The notes under the pieces are model-generated. The model saw nothing but the letters and a program-made list of their open reading frames with translations, was not told where the DNA came from and ran no database searches. The position numbers were made by a program, and so were the translations under genes. From the NCBI RefSeq assembly GCF_000143415.4, contig NW_003314262.1:2592603-2656602 (forward strand): a DNA stretch of 64,000 nucleotides. The letters are read 5' to 3'. Positions within the stretch are counted from its first letter, which is position 1; each line of letters opens with the position of its first letter. This DNA comes from Selaginella moellendorffii (lineage: Eukaryota > Plantae > Lycopodiophyta). Below, one piece after another: positions 32,383-45,789 of this stretch.

Positions 32383-32701
32383 ACCATCGATCCACATGTT
32401 TCTTCTCACCTTAGATCAAAGAATCATATACAAGGGAATTTGATTTACCAGAGTTTCTAGCTTACCTGGGCTGAGCTTAAAGGTGCCAGCGTTCTGTTTT
32501 TTTTTTTGTTTTTTTCTTTTCCTCGTTTCTTCATTTCTTGGCGTACCTCTGCGTTTTTTTTCCAACACTGACTCAGAGTATAAAGCAAGACCAATGTAAG
32601 GCAGAGTATTGCAACTTCAAACAGTGAGTATTTAATAATTTGCTTCCCAAGTGCGAGAAACAACTGTACGTTTATACGTTTTTATACGTTTTGTTCTATA
32701 G

Positions 32702-33458
32702 GGTTGCGACGCGTCCATCTTGCTCGACTCGAAAGGTTCCATCAAAAGCGAAAGAGACTCGGACAAGAACTTTGGCATCCGCCGCTTGGATTTCATCAAC
32801 AGGATCATGGAGGCCGCCTGTCCGGGAGTCGTCTCGTGCGCGGACATCATCGTTCTGGTGGCCAGAGAATCCATCGTCTTCACCGGAGGCCCGACAATCC
32901 CCATGCTCACAGGAAGAAGAGACAGCACAGCCGCTTCCAACGCCGCAGCCGACAGGCTGTTGCCTCCAGCAACCGTAAGCGTCGACAACTTCATCAGCCT
33001 CTTCGCATCCAAGGGCCTCTCTCTCGACGAAAGCGTTGCAATCATCGGTACGTCTCAAGGCTTTTCTTTCCAGCAAACTTTCCAAGGACAATTGATCCGA
33101 ACTTCTGTACTTTTGCATTCCAGGAGCTCACACAATTGGAGTCGGGCACTGTGTCAACATTGTGAATCGGCTCTATCCAAACCAGGACAGTAAGATCAGT
33201 CTCCTGTTTGCGAGCCGGCTGAGAGTCCAGTGCCCGACGGCCAATCCCTGGATGCTCAACAACATTACAGTGATCAACAACGATATGACCAACCTCGTCT
33301 TTGACAACCAGTACTTCCGGGACCTTATAGCGCGCTTCTCCACGAACCAGTAGCTCTTCCTCGACACATTCTCTTCAGCTTTCGTCAAGCTCACGTCCAG
33401 CAATGTCTTGACAGGACAGAGTGGACAGGTTCGAAAGTACTGCCACTCAGTGAACTAG
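32702..33458 (+). pseudogene. 5'-truncated peroxidase copy 2
   Basis: Same truncation and 66-bp deletion, plus a private 9-bp deletion and a premature TAG at 33351-33353. Confidence 0.92.
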
Positions 33459-34599
33459 ATTTATAGAGTATTGGGGAGATGCACTTTTGGATGTTGCTTC
33501 TTGTCAAGAGTTTAGAAGTTGCATTTGGCTTCCACAAATATTGAATGGAGTCAGCACTTATATGTTATTTTGGAAGATTTTGATAGAGTAAAATTATCAT
33601 TGAAAAAAAACACAAAAATATTTTGAAAAATAATTTTAAAGAATTCATGAAATGAAGTTAAAATTTAATGTTTAAGATTTGTATCAAAATTAAAAGATCT
33701 TATAATAAACCTTTCCAAAGTTATTATTATTATTTTATATTGTTATGGTATGTAATTTACTAGTAATATATTAATTGCCGAGATAGATTGGTGGATATGG
33801 AGGAAAAGGATTTAGTTTGCCCTCAATAAGCCAGCCAAAGTAAGTGGGAGGAGTAATTTTGAACTTTGAAAAAAAAAATTTCTTTCAAAATTAAATTAAA
33901 ACTTCAGAAAATAACTAAAAATATAGCTTTTACTTTTTTAATTTAACAATTATATATATTATTCTAAAGATTGTGTTGGCCAAGTATGTATTTATAAATT
34001 AAATTTTCTTTGCAATTAACCTTTTAATCTCTATAATATATAAAAAACAATCACTCACAGCCTAAATATTAGGATGAAGAGTGAGCTTAAGTTTTATTTA
34101 ATGTAGTGCTATTAATTATTATTCTCTTTTGTCTATCTAGTTTCACAAATTTAATCTTGCTATATTTATTTATATTTTATTTGCACAAGTTATATTAATA
34201 TTAAAGTTGTGAGGCTTTTTGCTGTTATTATAGCAAGATTTAATATCAAAGGGAGTTGCATTAAGGATAACTCTTAATTAATTATGCTTTTAAAGTTCTT
34301 TTACTATTAGCATGGAAATCAGCGATGGGTGTTTTGCATGGCTTCGTGCCTGGAATTTCCAAATACAAAGCCTTTTCTTGATCCAAATGCTCTTCAGTAT
34401 TAATACTGCCTTTCAAGACTGAAAGTGTAATGTGGCTTCCCATTTCACAACATCATTCCAACTAAAGCTTAAAGTTAGCATAATTATAATTAATATTACA
34501 ATTCATTTTCATTTTAATTAAACTAATTAAAAAGGCACCTTTTTGAGAATAAGTATAAATGTGTGGACCCAGAATGTGTACACTAGGGTTTATTGCATC

Positions 34600-35205
34600 A
34601 TGAAGAGGAAGGCACAGGACGCAGAGATCCCCATGCTAGATGATCTGGAAGACGAGGTCCAAGGCGACGGATGGGAGTACGAGGGAGGCTTGGCTTGCCC
34701 TCCTTGGGACCCGGAAGCTCTCGAAAGCTTCTGCGCCATGGACGACTGGTGTGGAGAGCCGGTGATGGCGAGAGTCAAGCCCAAAGAGCCCGCGAACAAG
34801 CCCAAGATTTCGAGCGAGCCCGAGAGGCCAGCGACTCTGAGCAAGCCCAAGAGAAAGAGTTCGAGCGAGCCCAAAAGGCCCAAGACTTCGAGCGTGCCCA
34901 AGAGGCCCAAGACTCCGAGCGAGCCCAAGCGGCCAAAGGCTTCGAAAAGCTGTGGTGGTGAGGCCAAGACGAGGAAGAACGCGTCCGCAAAGGTGACGCC
35001 CGAGCTGCGAGCGCTGCTAGCGAAGGTGAGAGCTACGCTGCCCGAGCAAATCGACTGCCCGTGGTGTGGGCGCATCTGGTGCACGAGGTTCTACGATTTC
35101 AACAATTACAAGCCTGGGCAGCCGAGGTACCACTGTAAGCCATGCAAGCTTACCTGGACCAAAGACAAGGTGCCAAGGCCAAGGAGCAAAAGGCTAGCAT
35201 TCTAG
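34600..35205 (+). CDS. Atypical Dof-like zinc-finger protein, copy 3 (201 aa)
   Basis: Intact ORF; one fewer 9-aa repeat; private substitutions (ESFCAMDDW); ends RLAF. Confidence 0.8.
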   Translation: MKRKAQDAEIPMLDDLEDEVQGDGWEYEGGLACPPWDPEALESFCAMDDWCGEPVMARVKPKEPANKPKISSEPERPATLSKPKRKSSSEPKRPKTSSVPKRPKTPSEPKRPKASKSCGGEAKTRKNASAKVTPELRALLAKVRATLPEQIDCPWCGRIWCTRFYDFNNYKPGQPRYHCKPCKLTWTKDKVPRPRSKRLAF

Positions 35206-35625
35206 ACCATCGATCCACATGTTTCTTCTCACCTTAGATCAAAGAATCATATACAAACTTTTCTTACACGCTCGCTCATTGGAGTTTGTCTGTGAGCGCG
35301 TTGTTGGCACTGGAAAGAAAGAACGAAGGGGAATTTGATTTACCAGAATTTCTAGCTTGCTACACCCACTTGGAATATCAGAAATGAAGAAACGAGGAAA
35401 AGAAAAGAAAACAGAACGCTACGTTTATACACCACGCATCTTTAAAATTTTAAAGCTTTTTGGATTCATAGTATAAAGCAAGAACAATGTAGGCAAAGTA
35501 TTGCAACTTCAAACAGTAGAGTCTTTCATAATTTGCTTCCCAAGTGCGAGAAACAACTGTAAAATTTCCAGTGTCAAAATTTTCGAAGAGCCAATACAAA
35601 GAATCTCGTGATGCTCTGCGAGGCA

Positions 35626-36863
35626 TCAATCCGAGCCATGACTCGCGTTCCAACTTTGCAGGAAGCTCTTACCGGCTTCGTACGTGGACCAGCTGATGGC
35701 TGCCGCAGGAGTGTGAAACAAAACTCTAGGCTTTAACCCCTTGAACAGGGCCGCCGAGCCCTCATGGCGAACAATCTCCTTCACCACTTGTGTGACGGAG
35801 CTGGTTGAATACTTGGTTGCACCGCAAACACCCTGAGAACAGCCACATCCAGAATTCAGAGCCATCGCAACTAAACTAGCATATGAAACGAACACTCATC
35901 TACATGCACAAGCATCCTAGAACTCAAGAAAGAAACGGTAAACCAGACCACAAGAACCAACACTATAAACTCTAAACAAAAAATACAACTCTGTGAAAGC
36001 AAAACTTTCAACTTCCAATCATCTAAGAAGAGTGGAACAAAGAAACAACTGAAAGCTTGATGAAACACTCGCTCTCAGAGAGAAAAGAGACACATACCTG
36101 GCACTGGAGCCTCGTCTTGACAACATCAAACGGGGTAGTGATCCCACTCGCCAGCGCTCCGGCGGTGCCACCGGCGGCAACATGCGTCAACAAGTGATCG
36201 TCCCCAGCCTGATCCGGATACAACTCGGACAAGATCTTCTTGGCAGCCTCATACGCCGCAAAGTGTACCCCGGTGAACGGAATGTTCATCAAAACCGTGG
36301 TCCTGTACGAGGCGTAGAACCCCGCAAGCCCCTCGCTCCTGTAAATCCTCGCAACGCAGTCCGCCACCCCCTGGTATGGACTCCGGCTTAGCTGCAACCG
36401 CTGCTTCACCACGTCCATGGGCGTGAGCACCGTGTCGCTAGCGACGGTAGCGCAAGCCCCGGACGCCATATGAGCTAGAGGCTGGTGGCCATCGCGGTTG
36501 CCTCCAAACTTCTCCTTGAAGAACTCGTAGCATCCAAAGTAGACCGCGTGGGACGGCCCAGCGCCGAGAACCATGGCTCCCAATCCCCGGTAGAACCCCG
36601 CCAGACCTTCCAGGCGCATGATCGATCCCACTGCCTTGGTGAGCGATGGAACTGGGGAGCCGCACGGGCAGGACGAAGGAGCCGATAGCATCTGCACGCG
36701 CGTCTTGACAGTGTCGACCGGGAACATTGCCATGTGCTCTACCACGCTGGCGATGGATCCCGCCAGCATGTATTGCCGAAATCCCAGGCCATCGTGGGGA
36801 TCTTTCTCCTCTAGCGTAGGCGGCGCCGCTGATGGACAGCGGGAGATTTGTCTCTACTGCCAT
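35626..36863 (-). pseudogene. Mitoferrin-like mitochondrial carrier duplicate with 5' frameshift and lost promoter (exons 36863-36098, 35832-35626)
   Basis: Near-identical to 54668-55916, but with an 11-bp deletion (GTGCGCCATTG) near 36808, and sequence upstream of the ATG replaced by the peroxidase 3' flank. The ORF is open from Met 36769. Confidence 0.75.
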
Positions 36864-37893
36864 TGCATTTGGCTTCCACAAATATTGTATGGAGTAGTAG
36901 GATTAGTCTTTTGACTCAGCACTTAAGCGCCGTGCCATTGAAGGTGTCGCTTCTCTCCAGATTGAAGCAGCGCTCCTCGCAGCGATGGTCGCAAGTTAAT
37001 GATATTTATGTTATTTTGGAAGATTTTGTTTGAGTAAAATTATCATTTGGAAAAAATACAAAAATATATTGAAAAATACAATGAAGTTAAAATTTAATGT
37101 TTAAGATTTATATCATTAGAAGATCTCCCCAAAGTTATTGTTATTATTTTATATTGTTATGATATGTAATTTATTACTAATATATTATTTGCCGAAATGG
37201 ACATTTATTTGGCAGATATTCAAGAGAAGCATCCGATTTACCCTTTATATACCAACCAAAGTAAATGAGAGGTGTAGTTTTGAACTTTAAAGAAAAAATG
37301 AATTAATTTTATTTCAAAATTAAATAAAAACTTCAAAAATTAACTATAAATTATAAATTTTAATTATTTAAATTAGAAATTATATAGATTATTCTATAGA
37401 TATCATGTTCATGTATTTAGAAATTAAATTGTTTTTGCAATTGCCCTTTTAATCTCTATAATATATAAAGCATCACTCACAGTATAAATGTCAGGATGAA
37501 AAGTTATTCTTAATACAACTCTTTTGGTTATTAAATTTTGCTATAATAACAATCAAAAGCCTCACAACTTTCATATTAATTTAACGTGTGCAAATAAAAT
37601 ATAAATAAATATAGCAAGATTAAATTTATGAAATTAGATAGACAAGAGGAAACACTAATTAATGGCACTATATCAAATAAAATTTAAGTAAATAAATTTA
37701 TTTGCACAAGTATTTGCACAATATGGATTCCCATTTCACAACATCATTCCAACTAAAGTTTAAAGTTTTCATAATTATAATTAATATTACAATTCATCCT
37801 TTTAATTTTAATTAAACTAATTAAAAAGGCACCTTTTCGAAAATAAGTATAAATCTGTGGACCCAGAATGTGTACACTAGGGTTTATTGCATC

Positions 37894-38526
37894 ATGAAGA
37901 GGAAGGCACAGGACGCAGAGATCCCCATGCTCGATGATCTGGAAGACGAGGTCCAAGGCGACGGATGGGAGTACGAGGGAGGCTTGGCTTGCCCTCCTTG
38001 GGACCCGGAAGCTCTCAAAAGCTTCTGTGCCATGGAGGACTGGTGTGGAGAGCCGGTGATGGCGAGAGTCAAGCCCAAAGAGCCCGCGAACAAGCCCAAG
38101 ATTTCGAGCAATCCCGAGAGGCCAGAGACTCTGAGCAAGCCCAAGAGAAAGAGTTCGAGCGAGCCCAAGAGGCCCAAGACTCCAAGCGAGCCCAAGCGGC
38201 CAAATATTTCGAGCGAGCCCAAGAGGCCCAAGACTTCGAGCGAGCCCAAGCGGGCAAAGGCTTCGAAAAGCTGTGGTGGTGAGGCCAAGACGAGGAAGAA
38301 CGCGTCCGCAAAGGTGACGCCCGAGCTGCGAGCGCTGCTAGCGAAGGTGAGGGCTACGCTGCCCGAGCAAATCGACTGCCCGTGGTGTGGGCGCATCTGG
38401 TGCACGAGGTTCTACGATTTCAACAATTACAAGCCTGGGCAGCCGAGGTACCACTGTAAGCCATGCAAGCTTACCTGGACCAAAGACAAGGTGCCAAGGC
38501 CAAGGAGCAAAAGGCCAGCATTCTAG
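37894..38526 (+). CDS. Atypical Dof-like zinc-finger protein, copy 4 (210 aa)
   Basis: Intact ORF; proximal upstream region identical to copy 1. Confidence 0.8.
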   Translation: MKRKAQDAEIPMLDDLEDEVQGDGWEYEGGLACPPWDPEALKSFCAMEDWCGEPVMARVKPKEPANKPKISSNPERPETLSKPKRKSSSEPKRPKTPSEPKRPNISSEPKRPKTSSEPKRAKASKSCGGEAKTRKNASAKVTPELRALLAKVRATLPEQIDCPWCGRIWCTRFYDFNNYKPGQPRYHCKPCKLTWTKDKVPRPRSKRPAF

Positions 38527-38845
38527 ACCATCGATCCACATGTTTCTTCTCACCTTAGATCAAAGAATCATATACAAGGGAATTTGATTTACCAGAGTTT
38601 CTAGCTTACCTGGGCTGAGCTTAAAGGTGCCAGCGTTCTGTTTTTTTTTTTGTTTTTTTCTTTTCCTCGTTTCTTCATTTCTTGGCGTACCTCTGCGTTT
38701 TTTTTCCAACACTGACTCAGAGTATAAAGCAAGACCAATGTAAGGCAGAGTATTGCAACTTCAAACAGTGAGTATTTAATAATTTGCTTCCCAAGTGCGA
38801 GAAACAACTGTACGTTTATACGTTTTTATACGTTTTGTTCTATAG

Positions 38846-39611
38846 GGTTGCGACGCGTCCATCTTGCTCGACTCGAAAGGTTCCATCAAAAGCGAAAGAG
38901 ACTCGGACAAGAACTTTGGCATCCGCCGCTTGGATTTCATCGACAGGATCAAGTTGATGCTGGAGGCCGCCTGTCCGGGAGTCGTCTCGTGCGCGGACAT
39001 CATCGTTCTGGTGGCCAGAGAATCCATCGTCTTCACCGGAGGCCCGACAATCCCCATGCTCACAGGAAGAAGAGACAGCACAGCCGCTTCCAACGCCGCA
39101 GCCGACAGGCTGTTGCCTCCAGCAACCGTAAGCGTCGACAACTTCATCAGCCTCTTCGCATCCAAGGGCCTCTCTCTCGACGAAAGCGTTGCAATCATCG
39201 GTACGTCTCAAGGCTTTTCTTTCCAGCAAACTTTCCAAGGACAATTGATCCGAACTTCTGTACTTTTGCATTCCAGGAGCTCACACAATTGGAGTCGGGC
39301 ACTGTGTCAACATTGTGAATCGGCTCTATCCAAACCAGGACAGTAAGATCAGTCTCCTGTTTGCGAGCCGGCTGAGAGTCCAGTGCCCGACGGCCAATCC
39401 CTGGATGCTCAACAACATTACAGTGATCAACAACGATATGACCAACCTCGTCTTTGACAACCAGTACTTCCGGGACCTTATAGCGCGCTTCTCCACGAAC
39501 CAGCAGCTCTTCCTCAACACATTCTCTTCGGCTTTCGTCAAGCTCACGTCCAGCAATGTCTTGACAGGACAGAGTGGACAGGTTCGAAAGTACTGCCACT
39601 CAGTGAACTAG
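38846..39611 (+). pseudogene. 5'-truncated peroxidase copy 3
   Basis: Same truncation and 66-bp deletion as copy 1. Confidence 0.92.
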
Positions 39612-40050
39612 ATTTATAGAGTATTGGGGAGATGCACTTTTGGATGTTGCTTCTTGTCAAGAGTTTAGAAGTTGCATTTGGCTTCCACAAATATTGAATG
39701 GAGTCAGCACTTACATGTTATTTTGGAAGATTTTGATAGAGTAAAATTATCATTGAAAAAAAACACAAAAATATTTTGAAAAATAATTTTAAAGAATTCA
39801 TGAAATGAAGTTAAAATTTAATGTTTAAGATTTGTATCAAAATTAGAAGATCTTATAATAAACCTTTCCAAAGTTATTATTATTATTTTATATTGTTATG
39901 GTATGTAATTTACTAGTAATATATTAATTGCCGAGATAGATTGGTGGATATGGAGGAAAAGGATTTAGTTTGCCCTCAATAAGCCAGCCAAAGTAAGTGG
40001 GAGGAGTAATTTTGAACTTTGAAAAAAAAAATTTCTTTCAAAATTAAATT

Positions 40051-43000
40051 TGTGAGTGCATGGAATATGGAAAGGGAATACATGTGCATATCAATTAGCC
40101 CAAAAACCCTAGCATATATACAGGAGCGAGTGGTTCGGATTGAAACCAATCTGACGGCTACACTATGCTAATATTAATATACAGCATCGTAACCGTACAC
40201 TTGGCCCTCATATCATCCCCTCCTCTCAGAATAATGGAAGACCATCAGGGTTCTCTTGTAGACGGGCCGGGATCTGGAGGAACATCAAGAGGAGGCATCG
40301 GTGGTTCTGTAGATGGTATTAACCGCTCCTGATCCCTTTGTATAAAGCGTTTCAACCGTTGCACATGCACAATCTTTGGAGGATCGGCCTGCTGGACGTC
40401 ATGCCGAACCTCATAAACTTGTGGTTCAACTTGCTGCAACACACAATACGGTCCTTTCCACTGTGCAAGGAGCCCCTTAGATAAACCACATACCGTAAGA
40501 TGGGGAAAACGGACTAACACCAAATCATCCACTTTGTACTCCGTAGGTGGACGATGATGGGAGTTGTAGCGCTGTTGTTGTCCCACTTGTATGCAGTCTA
40601 AGTGTTCGGCAGACTCTGCTCGGACAAGTGGAAGAATGCTAGTCAAATATTGATCCCATGATCTAGCATCCGCAACTCATGGCAATCGCGAAGGTAAACT
40701 CAGCTCCATTGGTAATATTGGATCATGACCATATAGGAGTTTATATGGTGAAGCACTAATAGACCTCTACACCCCAGTGACATATGCATACCAAAGAGAC
40801 GGTAAATAACCATCCCAATCCGAATGCTGAAAGTTCACATACNNNNNNNNNNNNNNNNNNNNNNNNNNNNNNNNNNNNNNNNNNNNNNNNNNNNNNNNNN
40901 NNNNNNNNNNNNNNNNNNNNNNNNNNNNNNNNNNNNNNNNNNTGATTGTGGATGATAAACACTCGTGAAAGTGTGGCGAATCCCCAACCGAGACGTCAAA
41001 ACATGAAATGCCTCAGCCATAAATGCGGGACCATTATCCGAAAGAATCCGCTCTGGACAAGAATGTTAGAACACCACTCGATTGAGGAGGAAGTATCCAA
41101 CAGCAGTTGTAGAGGCACTAGCAAGAGCACCAACTTCCACCCAACGAGTCAAATAGTCAGAAGCAATAATAACATACTCATTGCCAGCAGTCGACCATGG
41201 AAAAGGTCCCATAAGATCAAATGCCACCAACTCAAACGGACGGGAAACTGCAATTGACTCCAACCGTCCTTCCGCTGCCCGAGGGGGAGTATTACGAGCT
41301 TGGCACCAAATGCAGCTACGCACATACCGGATAATATCACATCGCATCTCTGGCTAATAGAAAGACCTGCGTAGCTTCTCGATTACACGGCGATGTCCCA
41401 TATGCCCACCTAGAACAGGAAAATCATGGTAGGCATGGAAAAACTACAGAATAAAGATAGAAGGCACCACCAGCCGTAAATGATCATCAAGATCTGTCCC
41501 CACAAAATAAAGAACGCCATCTTTAAGACGATATTGAGAATGTAAATGCCGAAAAGGCAAGTCATCAGCAAGTGATGCAGGATTCTCAAACCCATCTCGA
41601 AGCCTTTGAATCCATGGCTCAATCTTTTGAGCCTCGCGAACCTCATCAAGAGAAGGTAAATCTTGCTCTGCACCTTGTGGACACTGAACATCAAGTATAG
41701 CAACTGCCGAAGGCACAGAATCCTCGTCTAGAAAATCCATAGATGCTGGAACAATAGGCTCATTAGAAATATGAGAGGAGAGTGAAGAAGGAAGAGGAGC
41801 TCGAGAAAGGGCATCAACATCAGCCATAAAACTCCCTGGGCGGTGAATAACATCAAAATCATATATGTGAAGCTTCAAAGCCCACCGAGCAGTACGACCA
41901 ACTAGGTTCTTCCGCTTTAATAATGAAGTAACAACAGCATGGTCACCTTCAAGTAACGTCTGAGAACCATGTAGATATGCATGAAGTTTCTCAAAACCCC
42001 AAACTGCTGCTAAACACTCCTCTGTCGTGGAGTAGTTCATCATTGCTAGTTGTAATGTACGGCTTATATATGCAATGGGATGGTGCTGATCAAGCACACT
42101 CGAGCTCTCTTGCATTAACACACCTCCAAGACCAATGTCAGAAGCATCCACTTGCAAAATAAAAGGTCAAGTGTAGTCAGGATATGCCAAAACCGGAGGA
42201 GTTGTCAATAATTCTTTGAGATCCCCGAATGCCCGCTCACAATCTGAAGACCAAATGAAAGATGACGTTGATGACTTTAGCAACGCTCGCAATGGTGCAG
42301 TGCGATCAAAAAGATGATCCACAAAACACTCGAGATACTGCACCTTGCCCAAGAAGCGCTACACATCATTCACACACTTCGGAGTAGGGAACTTTAGAAC
42401 AGCCACAAGTTTGTCAGGATCAACTTGCAAACCCTCACGAGAAATACGGTACCCAAAATAAGTTGTGTCCTTGGATCCAAACACGCACTTCGACCGCTTC
42501 AGCTTTAAACCAACGTCGCGTAGCCGATCCAACACTTTACAAACATCACAAACGTGCTCCTCCCACATCCCCTCTGAGTGGATCAAGACATCATCAATGA
42601 AATCAGCAGTCACCTTCAGCATATTGCAAAGAACCTCGTCCATCATCTGTTGAAAAGTTGCTGGAGCATTGTTCAAACCAAATGGCATCACCAAGAACTC
42701 ATACAAACCAAATGGTTTACGAAAAGCAATCTTAGGAATATCTTCTTCGACCATCAGTACTTGCTAGTACCCAGAAGCAAAATCTAGCTTGGTGAACCAA
42801 CGACTTCGCCCCAAACGATCTAAGAGATCAGTAGTGTGAGGAAGAGGGTACACATCCGGGATCGTTATGTCATTTAACAGACGATAGTCGATGCAGAAAC
42901 TAATACTCCTATCAGGCTTCGTCACAAGATGAGGTTCACATGCCCAAGGACTCCGCGACTTCCGAATAACACCCTTCTCCAACATCTTTTTGACATTTGC

Positions 43001-45076
43001 ACGTAAAATCTTGATCTCCTTTGGTGACCAACGACGAACAGGAACCTTGATTGGACGAGCATCCCTAGTTGGAATCGGATGACGTGTGGCAATCTTGGCT
43101 CTAGACGATAGGTCAAAGTCAAAGAGATCAGAATACTCCTTCATGAGCTTGTCAACTGCTGCAACACAAAGATCGTCGGAGGGATCGGAAAAGGGAAGAG
43201 CAGAACAAGATGGAAATACAGGAGGAAATAGTGGGGAAACAAAAGTAATGGAAGCAGAGGTAGAAGTAGAGGGACAAAAAAGTACTGAAGTGAGAGGAAT
43301 GGATGAAACATAAGGAAGTATGAGACAAGGGGGAGAAGCCTCAAAGTCACATTTGGCATGATTGCGCTGCAACCAATCCATACCAAGAATGAGGTCAAAA
43401 GCTTGACTCGGCACCACCCACAACGACTGCAACTCAAGCTTGAGATTGCCCACACGCACAACCAGGTCTGCCTCATCCCGTGCACATGCATGTATACGGC
43501 CATTGCCATAAAGAATGAAAACTGGTTCTGCCGCACGCGCAAGTGTAGACGACAATGTGTGGCAATAGGTCGAGCAATAGAAGATAAACTCGAACCTGTA
43601 TCAACCAATACAGAGAGAATAATGAAAGACCTCTTGTTATAAAGACGAGCTTGGAAAGTAAACATTGGATGAACTGGTGCCGAGTGAACCCCTTGATGAT
43701 ACTCCCAAAAGAAAGATGGAGGGGTCAGTGACTTATTTGCATAAGGTTCCTCCATTACTCGCGTGACTCCTCGTTTCCCGGATGCATCTCAGTGTCCAAA
43801 CCTTCCATTGCAGCAGCACCAACGGGACGTTACTGACGCCAAGGTCTCCACCCAGGAAATGGAGGTCGCCAATCCGGAAAACGCTGACAACGCCGATAAG
43901 TATGACCAACTTCATCACATGTTCAGCAGCGAACATCACGGCCACGACCACGTCCTCGCCCGTGACCTTGGACTCGAGCAGCAGCAGCATCAACCTCCAT
44001 TGGAACAAGACCATCACCCACAGAAAGTGGAGCTGAAGGACGTGCAGCGAGAAGTGGAAGAGGCGATGTCTCATAACGTTGTGCCAAGCGAAGAGCATCA
44101 TCAAGGGTGGTAGGAGCAAATGCATGCACAAGTCCGACAAGATCTTGACAAAGTGCTGACCACAACATTCCTAGCTTGATCCGCTCCGACATATTTGGCT
44201 CCGCACGAAGCAAAAGACTTCGGAAACGAACACCAAATTGCATCACCGACTCAGATGACCCTTGGTGAAAACGATGCAATTCTTGGAAAGCATCATCACA
44301 GTTATCGGCATGTTCAAAGGCGCGTTTGAAGACATTCGGAAGAACACTCCAATCCCTGCGAGTGGCTGCTCCCAAACCGTTGTACCATTGCAACACCGTC
44401 CCTTGGAGACATGTGGGAAACTCACGCAAACGTCAAGCATTATCCCAAGAATGATATGTGGCAATCACTGTAAAGTGATCGAACCAATGGTACACATCAT
44501 ATTCTAGCTTTTTGTCCTTTTTTTTCTTTTGCTCTTTCTTTTTCATTCGTCTCCATGGCAGATCAACAATCTCCTCCTTTGACTCTGGAGCAGCAGTTAG
44601 TACAATTGCTTAATGCTATGTGTTTGCAATTGAACAACCAAACTTAGTTAATGGCGGCGTTCATGGCACATGGTACAACTCCTCTTGCTCTTGGTGCCAA
44701 TCCTCGTGTTCGGCCAAAGTTCTTTCACGGGAATCTTGGGGATGCAAAAAGCTAAATCTAAACCAAAATCATGAAAGGAAATAACAAAAGAAAGGAAATA
44801 GAAAAAACTAGATCTAGACAATGCAAAAGCTAGATCTAAATTGAAATCCCAAATCCAAGCACTCCCCAGGGACAACCAAAGGTGCCCCTCACCTCCACCA
44901 ATGTGAGTGCATGGAATATAGAAAGGGAATATAGAATTGTGCATATCAATTAACCCAAAAACCCTAACTTATATATAGGAGCGAGTGGTCCGGATTGAAA
45001 CCAATCCGACGGCTACCAAAATCCTACTATGCTAATATTAGTATATGGCATCGTAATCGTACATTTGGCCCTCACA
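40051..45076 (-). mobile_element. Degenerate Ty3/gypsy element, copy 2 (LTRs 40051-40212 and 44902-45076; contains N gap)
   Basis: Same flanks and AATT TSD as copy 1; 9-bp deletion in the left LTR. Confidence 0.95.
40843..40942. other. Assembly gap (100 N)
   Basis: Run of N inside the integrase of gypsy copy 2. Confidence 0.99.
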
Positions 45077-45789
45077 AATTAAAATTTCAGAAAATAACTA
45101 AAAATATAGCTTTTACTTTTTTAAATTAACAATTATATATATTATTCTAAAGATATTGTGTTCATGGCCAAGTATGTATTTATAAATTAAATTTTCTTTG
45201 CAATTAACCTTTTAATCTCTATAATATATAAAAACATCACTCACAACCTAAATATTAGGATGAAGAGTGGGCTTAAGTTTTATTTAATGTAGTGCTATTA
45301 ATTATTTTTCCCTTTTGTTTATCTAGTTTCACAAATTTAATCTTGCTATATTTACTTTTATTTTATTTGCACAAATCAAATGAATATTAAAGTTGTGAGG
45401 CTTTTTATTGTTATTATAGCAAAATGTAATATCAAAAGGAGTTGTATTAAGGATAACTCTTAATTAATTATGCTTTTAAAGTTCTCTTACTGTTAGCATG
45501 GAAATCAGGGATGGGTGTTTTGCATGGCTTCGTGCCTAGAATTTCCAAATACAAAGCCTTTTTTTTTATCTAAATGCTCTTCAGTATTAATACTGCCTTG
45601 CAAGACTGAAAGTGCAATGTGGATTCACATTTCACAACATCATTCCAACTAAAGTTTAAAGTTAGCATAATTATAAATAATATTACAATTCATCCTTTTC
45701 ATTTTAATTAAACTAATTAAAAAGGCACCTTTTTGAGAATAAGTATAAATGTGTGGACCCAGAATGTGTACACTAGGGTTTATTGCATC

